This document shows positions 20,760-31,175 of a DNA stretch of 64,000 nucleotides, piece after piece. The notes beneath the pieces were generated by a model, which was not told the DNA's origin, ran no database searches, and worked only from the letters and a program-made list of their open reading frames with translations. How positions within the stretch are numbered: position 1 is the first letter of the stretch; every line of letters starts with the position of its first letter. The DNA is taken from positions 160,001-224,000 of the forward strand of contig CAVZQN010000006.1 of the NCBI GenBank assembly GCA_963777505.1, read 5' to 3'. This DNA comes from an uncultured bacterium. GTDB lineage: Bacteria; Acidobacteriota; HRBIN11; JAKEFK01. Made by a program: the position numbers and the translations under genes.

Positions 20760-21494
20760 TTATTTCGCAAAAAGGTGATGCCGTTCCGCGAATGTCATCA
20801 GCTCCATGGAGAATTCTTCCATCTCTGAACCGAAAGCTCGAATTTGATGGACAAAGTAGTTGTAGCCGATAACAGCAGGTATAGCCGCAGCGAGTCCCAT
20901 CGCAGTTGCAATCAATGCTTCTGCAATTCCAGGTGCAACAACGGAAAGATCTGTACTTCGCGCTCCTGCAATTGATTCAAATGCATTGATAATTCCCCAT
21001 ACCGTTCCAAACAATCCTATAAATGGAGTGGCACTTGCAGTGGTTGCAAGAAAGGAAAGATTTTTTTCAAGCTTCGTTTGTTCGCTCAAGCCGGCACGTG
21101 TAACCGCACGATCAAGCATTTCTTGTGACATGATGGCGGAAGTTTTGGTGCTGCCGGTTCCTGGAGTATCCATTCGCGAATGTTGTTGAATTTCGTGAAA
21201 CACCATTAAAAACATTTTTGCAAAGATACTGCTTCGATATCTCAATGCTGTATTTGCAAGTTCATTCATTGAAGTGCTTTTCTTGAAGAGCCTGTAAAAC
21301 TGACCATTCTGATTTTTTGTGCGGCGCATCGCAAAAAAGCGGTCAGCAATAATTGCCCAGGACACAATTGAGAAAAATAGAAGCAGAACTAAAACGCCTT
21401 TTGAAACCGGTCCGGAGCGGGCGATGACATTCAGGATTGATGTGTCCACCCCCTCGACTGCTTGCATTAAGAAAGAAGTTAATAAGAATCTCAA
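20760..21494 (-). CDS. tolQ: TolQ/ExbB proton channel
   Basis: LATTASATPFIGLFGTVWGI, VAPGIAEALIATAMGLAAAIPA. Confidence 0.93.
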   Translation of the reverse strand: MRFLLTSFLMQAVEGVDTSILNVIARSGPVSKGVLVLLLFFSIVSWAIIADRFFAMRRTKNQNGQFYRLFKKSTSMNELANTALRYRSSIFAKMFLMVFHEIQQHSRMDTPGTGSTKTSAIMSQEMLDRAVTRAGLSEQTKLEKNLSFLATTASATPFIGLFGTVWGIINAFESIAGARSTDLSVVAPGIAEALIATAMGLAAAIPAVIGYNYFVHQIRAFGSEMEEFSMELMTFAERHHLFAK

Positions 21495-21546
21495 AAAGGA
21501 TCCTCCAGTATCTGAATTCCCCCCTGATACTTCTTATTAACGCATC

Positions 21547-21575
21547 AATCTATCAGAGGCTTTCAGGAGAGTCAA
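21547..21575 (-). promoter_or_regulatory. Sigma-70-type promoter for the tol-pal operon
   Basis: Minus strand TTGACT-N17-TAGATT with an extended TG. Confidence 0.6.
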
Positions 21576-21758
21576 CGATGAGCAACATTCCCCGCAAGTA
21601 TCGTTGCTCCTTGAAAGTAAATGTAACGCTTTCCTCAAGTTTTTCAATAGAAATCTGTCTTCTAAATCTTTTAGACACAGATCCGAACCGCTAAGACGAA
21701 GAGAGTTTCGCAGCAAAGGGCACGGCGAACCGTGCCCCGCTGCATCTTGTAGGGGTGA

Positions 21759-22937
21759 TTAGTTCTTTTTCTTAAGTTTAAGATCCTCAAACGTAACTCT
21801 TGGTATATTACTCAAAGTCGAAATTCGCGATGAGCGTCGATTCGTAAAATCCTGGCAGAGATATAAGAATTCAGAAGGCATCATCGCAGTTTGATTTGAG
21901 CTCTTTCCGATTTGCCCACCGCGGTAATAGATGCGCATCCATTCATTAACGCCTCCACGAAGATTATTAGTCTTGTCATCAAATCGCTGATTCAGATTAA
22001 ATCTGACCCCGGTTTGAAGAACACCATTGTTATTCCAATCTACGCGAGAAGTTGCATCAAATACTTCCAAAAATGATTCAAAGTCGGGAGTGAACCACCA
22101 CCGCGCTCCATAATAGACTCCATCGAAGAACAATCTTGAACCCATTCCAATATTCTCATTTAAGTTATTCTCATTGAGATTGGGTCCTGCAAAGCGAGCG
22201 TAATCATATAAGTAGTAGAGGCCATCATTTGGGACATCAATTGGAATACCTTCAGTCTGATAGGCGTAGCTCATAACGCTCAGATGGTTCGGCTTATTTG
22301 AGACGTGATCATTTCCGCCATGCATCAGTCCAAGATTGTGACCCAGTTCGTGAAGGAATGTTCCGGCTTGAGTCCACTTGAAATTCGCCGGGTTTGGATA
22401 GTTGAACCATCCTGGATCTCCCAACGATACGATAGAATCACTTGCACCCTGTCGAAAGGCCGCGCCATTGCGCGAAAGTCCTGAAATACTTGTAACTTCC
22501 CCTGTTGAAATATCTCCGAGTGCTCCTGCAAAAAGAGAATAATGATGTGTGCTTCTTAATGACGCAGGGAAATAGCGGCCCTTGATAGCATCAAATTGTT
22601 CCCAGGTAAAAATAACGCCATCGGATCCGGTCGTTCTAATCGGTGGACCAATTTGAATGTGAAGTGTAATTCCAGTAGTTCCATCAGGATTGTTTACTGG
22701 AGCCGTAGAAAAAACGGCTTTTGCGATGCTGACGAAATTTCCCCTGGGCCGGAGATTCTTTCCGTTCCAGATCATGTAATTGATGTAAACAAAAATATCT
22801 TTGTGAGTTGGACTTGATCCTAATCGCAGTTCGACATCATCTGTCAGGCCATCGGCATCAGTGTCTGCTGCAAAAGCTGGTAGTGAACTTAAAAGAAGAA
22901 AACAAATGGAGAAGAATACCCCTCGTGCATAGGTCAT
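21759..22937 (-). CDS. Secreted metzincin-type zinc metalloprotease with an N-terminal Ca-binding (TSP3-like) repeat
   Basis: Signal peptide (AFA), DTDADGLTDDVE, HELGHNLGLMH (HExxHxxGxxH), Met-turn SVMSY; probable ATG at 22937. Confidence 0.75.
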   Translation of the reverse strand: MTYARGVFFSICFLLLSSLPAFAADTDADGLTDDVELRLGSSPTHKDIFVYINYMIWNGKNLRPRGNFVSIAKAVFSTAPVNNPDGTTGITLHIQIGPPIRTTGSDGVIFTWEQFDAIKGRYFPASLRSTHHYSLFAGALGDISTGEVTSISGLSRNGAAFRQGASDSIVSLGDPGWFNYPNPANFKWTQAGTFLHELGHNLGLMHGGNDHVSNKPNHLSVMSYAYQTEGIPIDVPNDGLYYLYDYARFAGPNLNENNLNENIGMGSRLFFDGVYYGARWWFTPDFESFLEVFDATSRVDWNNNGVLQTGVRFNLNQRFDDKTNNLRGGVNEWMRIYYRGGQIGKSSNQTAMMPSEFLYLCQDFTNRRSSRISTLSNIPRVTFEDLKLKKKN

Positions 22938-23054
22938 CGGTCCCAATACCTCCGCAGGAAGAATGTTACTCGATTCAGGCTGGAACACCAAATGTCAAAA
23001 TATTATTTTGTATACTCAGTGTTGTTCGCATCCTTTCATGGTTAAATTTCATCT

Positions 23055-25109
23055 ATGGAACATTCTGTAAAAAAGTATCGGCTTGAATCGCAGAAACGAA
23101 CGCTCGAGAAGCGCGTCAATTATGAAGCCGAGCTGAATCCGCAACAGTTAGAGGTCGTAGTGGCTGGTGATGGTCCGGTTCTCGTAATTGCCGGAGCCGG
23201 CAGCGGCAAAACCAGAACAATTACCTACAGGGTTTCCTGGCTTTTAGAATCAGGAGTGAATCCATCCGAGATTCTGCTTTTAACATTTACAAATAAAGCA
23301 TCGCGCGAGATGTTGCATCGTGTTGCGCTTTTAACGCAAGTGGATGTGCGCCAGCTCTGGGGCGGCACTTTTCATCATGTTGGAAATATGATCTTGCGTC
23401 CAAATGCGCGGCACCTGGAATTGAATTCGAATTTCGGCATTCTTGATCAAGGTGATTCAAAGGATCTGATTACTGCGTCCGTTACAGATTTACACGGTGA
23501 AAAAAGGAACAAACAATTCCCATCTTCCGATGTGCTGCAGGATATGATTAGTTATTCTATCAATACAACGAATGAATTAGAATCTGTTATCAGTTTACGA
23601 TATCCACATTTCAAGCCGTTAACAACGGCAATTCTGGCGGTTGCGGAACGCTATGCCAGAAAGAAAAAGGAAATGAATGCTGTCGATTACGATGATCTTT
23701 TGCTTGGATGCAAGTATTTGCTGGAAAGTCAGCCTGAAATCCGGAAATATTATTCAACAAGATTCAAGCACATCCTAGTAGATGAATATCAAGATACAAA
23801 TAAACTTCAGGCGGATTTTGTTGATCTGCTCGCATCGGAACACAAAAATGTGATGGTTGTTGGAGATGATGGTCAGAGCATTTACTCATTTCGCGGCGCT
23901 AATTTTGCGAACATCATGGAGTTTCCGGAACGCTATTCTGGCACACGAATGTTTCGGCTCGAGCTGAACTATCGGAGTACACCAGAAGTCCTGAATCTTG
24001 CCAACGACATTATTGCAAATAATTCATATCAATTTCCGAAAAAGCTTTCTGCTGCCAGGACAAGCCTTCAATGGAAGCCTGCAGTTGTTCCGCTTCGCGA
24101 TGCATCGCAGCAAGCCGATTTTGTCGCACAAAGAATTCTGGAACTTAGTGAAGAAGAAGATGTACCGCTGAGCGAAATTGCGGTCTTATATAGAGCTCAT
24201 TTTCATTCAATGGAACTGCAGCTTGAACTGAGCCGGCGCGGAATCCCTTTCATGATTACATCGGGTGTTCGCTTTTTTGAGCAACGACATATCAAAGATG
24301 TAATCGCGTATCTGAAAGTATTATTGAACCCCTATGATGAACTTTCCTGGAAACGGATCATGTTATTAATTCCAGGAATAGGAAATAAAACTGCTGAGAA
24401 AATATGGCTTCGACTGCGTACATCATCGACACCAGTTTCTGCTGTGAATGAAGTTCTGAGTGAAGTTCCTCGCGCATCTCGTTCAGCATGGACTCAGTTT
24501 GCACAACTGATGTCTGAACTTTCACACGAAGGTTTTCTTCAAATGCCTTCAGCAGCCATGGAACATGTATTTAAACATGGCTATGAAAAATATTTGGAAT
24601 CCAAATTTCCGGATTATGCTAACCGCCGGGAAGATGTTCATCAGATGAGTAATTTTGCGATGCAGTTTGAGACGCTCGAAAAATTCTTAACCGAACTTTC
24701 GTTGTTTGGACAAATTGAATCGGAAGAAGCCGCAGGTGAGTCACCACAAGAAAAGATCCGTTTATCCACAATTCATCAGGCGAAAGGATTGGAATGGCAG
24801 GCGGTCTTTGTTATTTATCTTGTAGATGGGCGCTTTCCTTCGTATTACTCCTTAAAGGATCAGGGCGATTTGGAAGAAGAACGACGACTCTTCTATGTCG
24901 CTTCAACAAGAGCTAAGAATCATCTCTATTTAACATATGTTTTATTCTCTGAAAGCTTTGCCCAAGGACCTAATTTCCATCGACCCTCGACCTTTCTAAA
25001 GGAATTGAATCGCGAACACTATGACTTGTGGCAAATTGATGATTCTCTCAGTTCAGATTTTGGATTGCCAGAATTCGTCCGCGACGATGCTTCCGATTAT
25101 TTTCAATAA
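23055..25109 (+). CDS. uvrD: UvrD/PcrA-family ATP-dependent DNA helicase
   Basis: AGAGSGKT, TFTNKA, VDEYQD, GDDGQSIYSFRGA, NYRS, STIHQAKGLEW, EERRLFYVASTRAK. Confidence 0.93.
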   Translation: MEHSVKKYRLESQKRTLEKRVNYEAELNPQQLEVVVAGDGPVLVIAGAGSGKTRTITYRVSWLLESGVNPSEILLLTFTNKASREMLHRVALLTQVDVRQLWGGTFHHVGNMILRPNARHLELNSNFGILDQGDSKDLITASVTDLHGEKRNKQFPSSDVLQDMISYSINTTNELESVISLRYPHFKPLTTAILAVAERYARKKKEMNAVDYDDLLLGCKYLLESQPEIRKYYSTRFKHILVDEYQDTNKLQADFVDLLASEHKNVMVVGDDGQSIYSFRGANFANIMEFPERYSGTRMFRLELNYRSTPEVLNLANDIIANNSYQFPKKLSAARTSLQWKPAVVPLRDASQQADFVAQRILELSEEEDVPLSEIAVLYRAHFHSMELQLELSRRGIPFMITSGVRFFEQRHIKDVIAYLKVLLNPYDELSWKRIMLLIPGIGNKTAEKIWLRLRTSSTPVSAVNEVLSEVPRASRSAWTQFAQLMSELSHEGFLQMPSAAMEHVFKHGYEKYLESKFPDYANRREDVHQMSNFAMQFETLEKFLTELSLFGQIESEEAAGESPQEKIRLSTIHQAKGLEWQAVFVIYLVDGRFPSYYSLKDQGDLEEERRLFYVASTRAKNHLYLTYVLFSESFAQGPNFHRPSTFLKELNREHYDLWQIDDSLSSDFGLPEFVRDDASDYFQ

Positions 25110-25164
25110 CCTGTCGACTCCTAAAAACGCCTTGAAATTGAACTTCTTACGGCTTACCTTACCT

Positions 25165-25290
25165 CAAGTGCCTGTTATTCCAGTCTTAAGATTGGAATTA
25201 GCAGGTTCAAGAATCTCATGAACGTCTTTGGTTGGTATCGGGTGTTTAGTCCGGCGGACGGACTGTAACCTTTTGACGGCAGAGCACTTG
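25165..25290 (+). ncRNA. Candidate structured RNA (unassigned multi-stem element)
   Basis: Closing stem caagtgc/gcacttg encloses hairpins at 25171-25205, 25205-25223 and 25248-25264; preceded by TTGAAA-N17-TACCTT. Confidence 0.35.
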
Positions 25291-25302
25291 GTATGATACA
25301 AT
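25273..25302 (+). promoter_or_regulatory. Sigma-70-type promoter for the zinc-ribbon gene / lpxC / gdh
   Basis: TTGACG-N18-TACAAT with extended TGn. Confidence 0.55.
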
Positions 25303-25345
25303 CACGCGTTTTACGGGTTCGTTACGACCTGCTACAAGTTGATGT

Positions 25346-25852
25346 ATGGTGCTAGTTTGCGAGCATTGCGCTAAAAAAGGGTTACTGGACGAACTGACGT
25401 ATTCGGGCAAAAGGCTCAGATTGCGTTGCCCTTATTGTTCCAGGGAATTCATTTATTTCGTTCCCTCCAATGGCCACGATGTGGCAGCAGAAAGTTCCCC
25501 AACAATACATTCGGGGAACGGTCGGCTGGACCACACAGTAGTTGAGCCGTCAGTCTCTGCGGAGCCACCGGCTTCGCCGCAAGATGCAGGTGTTGTTCAG
25601 CAGGCGGAAGTCGATGATAGTTTGATTCAAGAAGCAAAAAGAATTGCCAGGCTCATAATTTCAGAGATCAAGCTGTATAATCAGGAAAAAATAGCAAAAG
25701 CAAGAAATAAGCGGGAGGTTCTCGAGCTGTTGAGAAGTGATTTGATTCGAGGAAAACAGCATTACAATACCCGCATTGCGTCCAAATTGCCAATGGGGCC
25801 TGACTATTTCATGGAGTCCGTAAAAGACATTCTATTGACGGGGAAGAACTAA
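25346..25852 (+). CDS. Zinc-ribbon (MJ0042-like) protein with a conserved-looking C-terminal helical domain
   Basis: CEHC...CPYC at the N-terminus; low-complexity linker; EAKRIARLIISEIKLYN. Confidence 0.75.
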   Translation: MVLVCEHCAKKGLLDELTYSGKRLRLRCPYCSREFIYFVPSNGHDVAAESSPTIHSGNGRLDHTVVEPSVSAEPPASPQDAGVVQQAEVDDSLIQEAKRIARLIISEIKLYNQEKIAKARNKREVLELLRSDLIRGKQHYNTRIASKLPMGPDYFMESVKDILLTGKN

Positions 25853-25895
25853 CGAGCAGCGGGCAGAGGAATGCTCTGTCTGAGAAGGAGACGAA

Positions 25896-26801
25896 ATGGA
25901 GTATCAGAAAACAATCAAGCGAGCGATTGGCTGCAGCGGAATTGGTTTGCATTCAGGAAGATCCGTCAATCTTAGAATGCTACCTGCCGAAGCAAATACG
26001 GGTGTCATCTTTCGGAGAACGGATCTCGCAAATGCTGAAATCAAAGTCGTACAAGATTTCATAACTCAGGTACATTACGCTACTTCTATCAGCAATGGAA
26101 AAATTAAGCTCTTTACTGTTGAACATTTGCTCGCGGCACTGTACGGTTTAGGCGTTAATAACATCATTATAGAAATGAATTCGGATGAAGTTCCTATTTT
26201 AGATGGTAGTGCTTTGCCGTTTGTTGAAATGATAACCTCTGCGGAGATCGTACGTTTTAATAAACCGAACTATTTTCTACAGATTAATGAGCCCATTGAA
26301 GTCAGAGAAGGAGATCGTTATATCGCTGTTTATCCTTCTGATCATTTTGAAGTAAGTTATACAATTAGCTTTCCGCATCCCTGGCTTAAGAAACAACAGA
26401 AAACAATCCGCATTACAAGGGAGAGTTTCGTAAAACAACTTTCACCAGCGCGTACTTTCGGATTCTTAAATGAAATCGAGCAAATGAGAGCCAATAATCT
26501 TGCTCTTGGTGGTTCTCTTGAGAATGCAATTGTTCTTACTGAACATGGAATCCTAAATGAGCATCTTCGTTTTCCTGATGAGTTTGTGCGTCACAAAATT
26601 ATGGATTTAATCGGCGATCTTGCCTTGTTAAATAATCGCTTATTAGGTCATGTTGTTGCGTATAAAGCTGGCCATCATCTCCATTCAGAGCTTGTTTCGA
26701 GAATTTTGAATAACCCCTTGAAGTCAGAGCTTGTGCTTTGGCGTAACAAAGCTCGTCAAGTGCCAAAATTTGAGGTGCCTGTACCGGTATCGGCAGTTTA
26801 A
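25896..26801 (+). CDS. lpxC: UDP-3-O-acyl-N-acetylglucosamine deacetylase
   Basis: GIGLHSG, TVEHLLAAL, EVPILDGSA, ARTFGF, EFVRHKIMDLIGDL. Confidence 0.96.
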   Translation: MEYQKTIKRAIGCSGIGLHSGRSVNLRMLPAEANTGVIFRRTDLANAEIKVVQDFITQVHYATSISNGKIKLFTVEHLLAALYGLGVNNIIIEMNSDEVPILDGSALPFVEMITSAEIVRFNKPNYFLQINEPIEVREGDRYIAVYPSDHFEVSYTISFPHPWLKKQQKTIRITRESFVKQLSPARTFGFLNEIEQMRANNLALGGSLENAIVLTEHGILNEHLRFPDEFVRHKIMDLIGDLALLNNRLLGHVVAYKAGHHLHSELVSRILNNPLKSELVLWRNKARQVPKFEVPVPVSAV

Positions 26802-26856
26802 GCGGAGACGCGCCTCGAACATCTATTCATGTCACACCTAATAGGAGACTAATGTC

Positions 26857-28119
26857 ATGATTCCGGAACATTCAAATGGAAATGGTCTGTATGAAGAAAC
26901 GATGGCGCGATTCGATCGAGCCGCACAATTACTGGATATCGATCGCGGACTGTACAAAATTGTGCGTTATCCGATGCGTGAAGTAACAGTATATCTTCCG
27001 ATTCAAAGAGACGATGGAAGTATCGAAGTTTTTACTGGTTATAGAGTTCAGCACAGTATTGCACGCGGACCTGCAAAGGGTGGCATTCGATATACACCGC
27101 AGGTGAATCTTGATGAAGTTCGTGCTCTTGCAGCATGGATGACTTTGAAATGTGCGGTTGTGAATATTCCATTTGGTGGAGCAAAGGGTGGTATTCGTTG
27201 CGATCCGCGAACAATGTCAGAAAGAGAATTAGAAAAGTTGACCCGACGTTACACTGCAGAGATTCTTGAAATTCTTGGACCTGAAAAAGATGTTCCTGCT
27301 CCGGACATCAATACAAATGAACAAGTGATGGCCTGGATTATGGATACGTATAGTATGCATGCACGCCAGACGGTTACATCAGTTGTAACAGGGAAGCCGA
27401 TGAGTCTGGGTGGTTCAAAAGGGCGTCGTGAAGCAACCGGCCGTGGAATCATGATCATTGTTCAACAAGCTTCAAAATTGTTGAAAACCGAACTGGTTGG
27501 ATCGCGTGTTGTGATTCAGGGTTGCGGGAATGTCGGAAGTGTTGCGGCAAAATTACTTCAGGATATCGGCTGCAAAATTGTTGCAATTTCTGATATTCAA
27601 CATGGTATCTATAATCCTGATGGACTGGATGTCGATACATTGATTGAACATGTCCAAAAGAATCGTTTCATCGAGGGCTATAAAGGCGGAGAAATTATTG
27701 ATAATACCGCGTTGCTCGAATTGCCTTGCGATATTTTGATTCCTGCTGCAACCGAAGATCAGATTACTGAAAAGAATGCTTCGAAGATCCAGGCAAAACT
27801 GATTGTAGAAGGAGCCAATGGACCCACAACTCTTGGAGCAGAAGAAGTTTTATACAATCGAGGGATCAATGTAATTCCCGATATTCTTGCCAATGCCGGC
27901 GGCGTTACCGTTTCATACTTTGAATGGGTTCAGGACCGTATGGGTTATTTTTGGCGCGAAAGTGTAGTCAATGAAAGATTGGAAGATGTACTCGTTGCAA
28001 GTTTCCAGGAAGTTGCGGATTACGCGAGTCGTTTCAATGTGAACTTTCGAACTGCCGCCTATATGCTTGGAATTCAGCGCGTTGTTGATACCATCAAAAC
28101 CCGCGGCATTTACGCTTAG
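26857..28119 (+). CDS. gdhA: Glu/Leu/Phe/Val dehydrogenase (glutamate dehydrogenase)
   Basis: [50 protein letters not shown]. Confidence 0.92.
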   Translation: MIPEHSNGNGLYEETMARFDRAAQLLDIDRGLYKIVRYPMREVTVYLPIQRDDGSIEVFTGYRVQHSIARGPAKGGIRYTPQVNLDEVRALAAWMTLKCAVVNIPFGGAKGGIRCDPRTMSERELEKLTRRYTAEILEILGPEKDVPAPDINTNEQVMAWIMDTYSMHARQTVTSVVTGKPMSLGGSKGRREATGRGIMIIVQQASKLLKTELVGSRVVIQGCGNVGSVAAKLLQDIGCKIVAISDIQHGIYNPDGLDVDTLIEHVQKNRFIEGYKGGEIIDNTALLELPCDILIPAATEDQITEKNASKIQAKLIVEGANGPTTLGAEEVLYNRGINVIPDILANAGGVTVSYFEWVQDRMGYFWRESVVNERLEDVLVASFQEVADYASRFNVNFRTAAYMLGIQRVVDTIKTRGIYA

Positions 28120-28872
28120 TGTCTTTGCGGTTAAGAAAATAAGGGGCGAACCAAGCAGGGCTTTCATTTCACTCACAGCACGGTCCATTCCAACCATTAC
28201 CGCACGCGAAATGATATTGTGGCCGATATTGAGTTCTTCAATTTCTTCGATCATAACAATTGGCGTAACGTTGTAATACGTTAAACCATGCCCGCCATAC
28301 ACCTGAAAGCCGATTCTGTTTGCAAGCTGGGCTGCATTGCGGACTTTTTCAGTTTCACTTTCGATGAGTTCGGGGCTTCTTGCGTCCGAATATTTTCCAG
28401 TATTAATTTCAATCCGCATCGCGCCGGACTTCTGACATGCCTTAATTTGATCCAGATCAGGATCCACAAAAAGACTGACTGCAATACCAGCTTCTTGAAG
28501 TAATGTCGCGCTTCTTTGAATGTGCGTAATATTCAACGCAACATCTAATCCGCCTTCGGTTGTAATTTCCTCACGGCGCTCAGGAACAAGAGTAACCTGA
28601 TCTGGTTTTATCACGGCCATGAGTTTAATCATTTCTGTGGTTGCAGCCATTTCAACATTCAAGCGTGTTTTGATTGTCTCTCGCAGCAATCGGACATCGC
28701 GATCCTGAATATGTCTTCGATCTCCTCGAAGATGTACTGTAATTCCATCGGCTCCAGCAAATTCAGCAATTGCAGCGGCTGTAACCGGATCGGGTTCCGT
28801 TGTTTTGCGCGCTTCACGAATTGTCGCAATATGGTCGATATTCACACCCAGTCGTACGTTTCGATTATTCAT
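27913..28872 (-). CDS. pdxJ: Pyridoxine 5'-phosphate synthase; homology ends near 28150 and the rest overlaps gdhA antisense
   Basis: [49 protein letters not shown]. Confidence 0.93.
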   Translation of the reverse strand: MNNRNVRLGVNIDHIATIREARKTTEPDPVTAAAIAEFAGADGITVHLRGDRRHIQDRDVRLLRETIKTRLNVEMAATTEMIKLMAVIKPDQVTLVPERREEITTEGGLDVALNITHIQRSATLLQEAGIAVSLFVDPDLDQIKACQKSGAMRIEINTGKYSDARSPELIESETEKVRNAAQLANRIGFQVYGGHGLTYYNVTPIVMIEEIEELNIGHNIISRAVMVGMDRAVSEMKALLGSPLIFLTAKTLSVNAAGFDGINNALNSKHIGGSSKVHIETTRVIRNFLETCNEYIFQSFIDYTFAPKITHTVLNPFKV

Positions 28873-28906
28873 GAGTTATTTTCTTGCGCCTTTGCGGTAA
28901 ATCAGC

Positions 28907-30253
28907 TTATCCCAGTTTTTTGCGAACAATTTCTGCCAAAGATGCTGCCATTGATTCTATCCGTGTTTGGTCCGGCCCTTCAATCATGATTCGCGCAACA
29001 TTTTCTGTTCCTGAATAACGAACCAAAATTCTTCCACTCAATTCCAGTTCAGTTTCGATTGTACCAATTGCTGCCTGAATTTCAGGAATTGTTGCCAGAT
29101 CGGGTTTTGTCTTCACAGGAACATTCAGCAGAGTTTGTGGATACTTTGTAAATCCATCACAAAAACTGGAAAGTGAAGAGCCTGATTCTTTCAGGATTCT
29201 TAAAACTTGTAAAGCTGTAAGGAGGCCATCCCCAATGAAGGATTCATTCATAAAGATGATGTGACCAGATTGTTCGCCGCCCAGCGACAAATCTTCTTCT
29301 TGCAACTTTTCTAAAACATTCCTATCGCCGACAGGAACACGATACAGATGAATTCCTTGATTGCGTAAAAAGACTTCCAATCCCATGTTACTCATAGAGG
29401 TTCCAACAACGGCATTCTTTTTCAATAGCCCGCGCGATTTCAAATACAATGCAGCTGCGGCAAGGATGTAATCGCCATCGTAAATGCGAATCTTATCTGC
29501 GGCCATACATCGATCGCCATCTCCATCGAAAGTAAATCCAGCATCAAATCCATCGGCCACAATATGTTCGAACAGAACATCAGGATAAAGTGCTCCGCAG
29601 CGTTCATTTATATTCTGACCGTTTGGCTGATTATGAAATGCTTTTACCTCGGCGCCCATAGCTCGCAAAACTGCCGGCGCTGCTTCACACAAAGCGCCAT
29701 TTGCACAATCGATTGCAATTTTCAGCCCGGATAAATTCAGATCAGCAAAAAGCTGCCGGACTAAATATTCTTTGTACTCGGATCGGAAGTATTCCATAAA
29801 ATCCGAATTGCGGTTGCATTCGGGTATTGTGTCGATACGTTCCAGGATCTTTTCACCCAAAAGGTAAGGTTCTATTTCAGATTCAACTTCTTCGGACAAC
29901 TTATAGCCATCCGGCCCAAATATTTTGATTCCATTATCCTGATAAGGATTATGAGAAGCAGTGATGACGACCGCGCACTTTTTTTCAGTACGAGCCAGAT
30001 ACGCCAGCGCAGGGGTAGATAAAATGCCAGCATCATCGACTTTTCCGCCGGCTGAGCCGAATCCGCGGCATAGTGCATTAAAAAGAACAGGCCCGGATTC
30101 GCGAGTATCCCTTCCTATAATTAATTCCGGTTCAATATCTCGATCCTTCAGTAGGAAAAAAAGCACACGGCCTAAAAGTTCAATACTTCCCTGATCAAGC
30201 GGAAAAACACTTGCAACTCCGCGCAATCCATCTGTCCCAAATAACTTCCCCAT
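28907..30253 (-). CDS. glmM: Phosphoglucosamine mutase
   Basis: FGTDGLRG, TASHNP, DGDGDR, GGEQSGH, RYSGTE. Confidence 0.95.
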   Translation of the reverse strand: MGKLFGTDGLRGVASVFPLDQGSIELLGRVLFFLLKDRDIEPELIIGRDTRESGPVLFNALCRGFGSAGGKVDDAGILSTPALAYLARTEKKCAVVITASHNPYQDNGIKIFGPDGYKLSEEVESEIEPYLLGEKILERIDTIPECNRNSDFMEYFRSEYKEYLVRQLFADLNLSGLKIAIDCANGALCEAAPAVLRAMGAEVKAFHNQPNGQNINERCGALYPDVLFEHIVADGFDAGFTFDGDGDRCMAADKIRIYDGDYILAAAALYLKSRGLLKKNAVVGTSMSNMGLEVFLRNQGIHLYRVPVGDRNVLEKLQEEDLSLGGEQSGHIIFMNESFIGDGLLTALQVLRILKESGSSLSSFCDGFTKYPQTLLNVPVKTKPDLATIPEIQAAIGTIETELELSGRILVRYSGTENVARIMIEGPDQTRIESMAASLAEIVRKKLG

Positions 30254-30254
30254 C

Positions 30255-31175
30255 TTATTGAATCCTCACATGTATTCTTGCCGGGTTAATACCTTTAACT
30301 GAAACTCTTCCTTTTGTGTCGACAGGAAATTCTATCCTGGGTGTCAACTCATATACTCCGGGAGTAAGACCCTGTAAATCTAACACTGCAGTTGCTCGAG
30401 CGCGTAGCAAATCAGGCATCATTCTTTTCGGAGCTTGAACTTCAATTCGCACTGTTTTGGGATTGAATTGAACGCCACGTTTTGTATCTGAATGTATGAT
30501 CGGAACCTGGCGTAATGTAAATAAGTCTTCGATTTCTGAAATTTGAAGCGAAACAGTAACTTCTTTGACATTTCCCAAACGTACCTGACTGTTTGCAGTC
30601 CCAACCTTAACTCGTTCCGTATGATTCTGCTTGATCGAGGTTATATCAATTGAATCGGTTGTTACTTGACGCACCAAATTTACTTGCGATCGCGGTCCGA
30701 TGATTTCAACCTGCTGCGGAGAAATGATTGTCTCATTAACCGCAAAGCCCTCAGGAGATTCTCCCAGTAATTTTGGGAACACCTGAACTTTTTTTCTGAC
30801 CGTTTCTTCAATCGTGAGATTCACTTGAGACGGCGAAATTCGCAAGACTGAAAATCCATATGGTACTCGAACTGATTCAGGAGACAATTCAAAAATTCTT
30901 TGACCTGGATTTGTATCTTGAAGATCCAACCATGCCGTAATTTCTTGCGGCCTTAGATTGCGGATCAATGCGGTGTTTCCTTTGATCCATAAATTCACTT
31001 CAGACAGCAATTGTCCTTCCGATGTAATTTCGTAAGCTCGTGGTAAGTTTCGAAACTCAAGCGGCACGGTGACAATAACTTCGGATCTTTCTTCTGCTCC
31101 CACCCACATCCATAACAGTATTGAAAGAATAGCGGAGCCGATCATCAAAACCATGTTATTTGCAGGGATTTTCAT
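30255..31175 (-). CDS. cdaR: YbbR-domain protein CdaR
   Basis: N-terminal TM followed by three YbbR-like repeats; located between cdaA and glmM. Confidence 0.85.
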   Translation of the reverse strand: MKIPANNMVLMIGSAILSILLWMWVGAEERSEVIVTVPLEFRNLPRAYEITSEGQLLSEVNLWIKGNTALIRNLRPQEITAWLDLQDTNPGQRIFELSPESVRVPYGFSVLRISPSQVNLTIEETVRKKVQVFPKLLGESPEGFAVNETIISPQQVEIIGPRSQVNLVRQVTTDSIDITSIKQNHTERVKVGTANSQVRLGNVKEVTVSLQISEIEDLFTLRQVPIIHSDTKRGVQFNPKTVRIEVQAPKRMMPDLLRARATAVLDLQGLTPGVYELTPRIEFPVDTKGRVSVKGINPARIHVRIQ

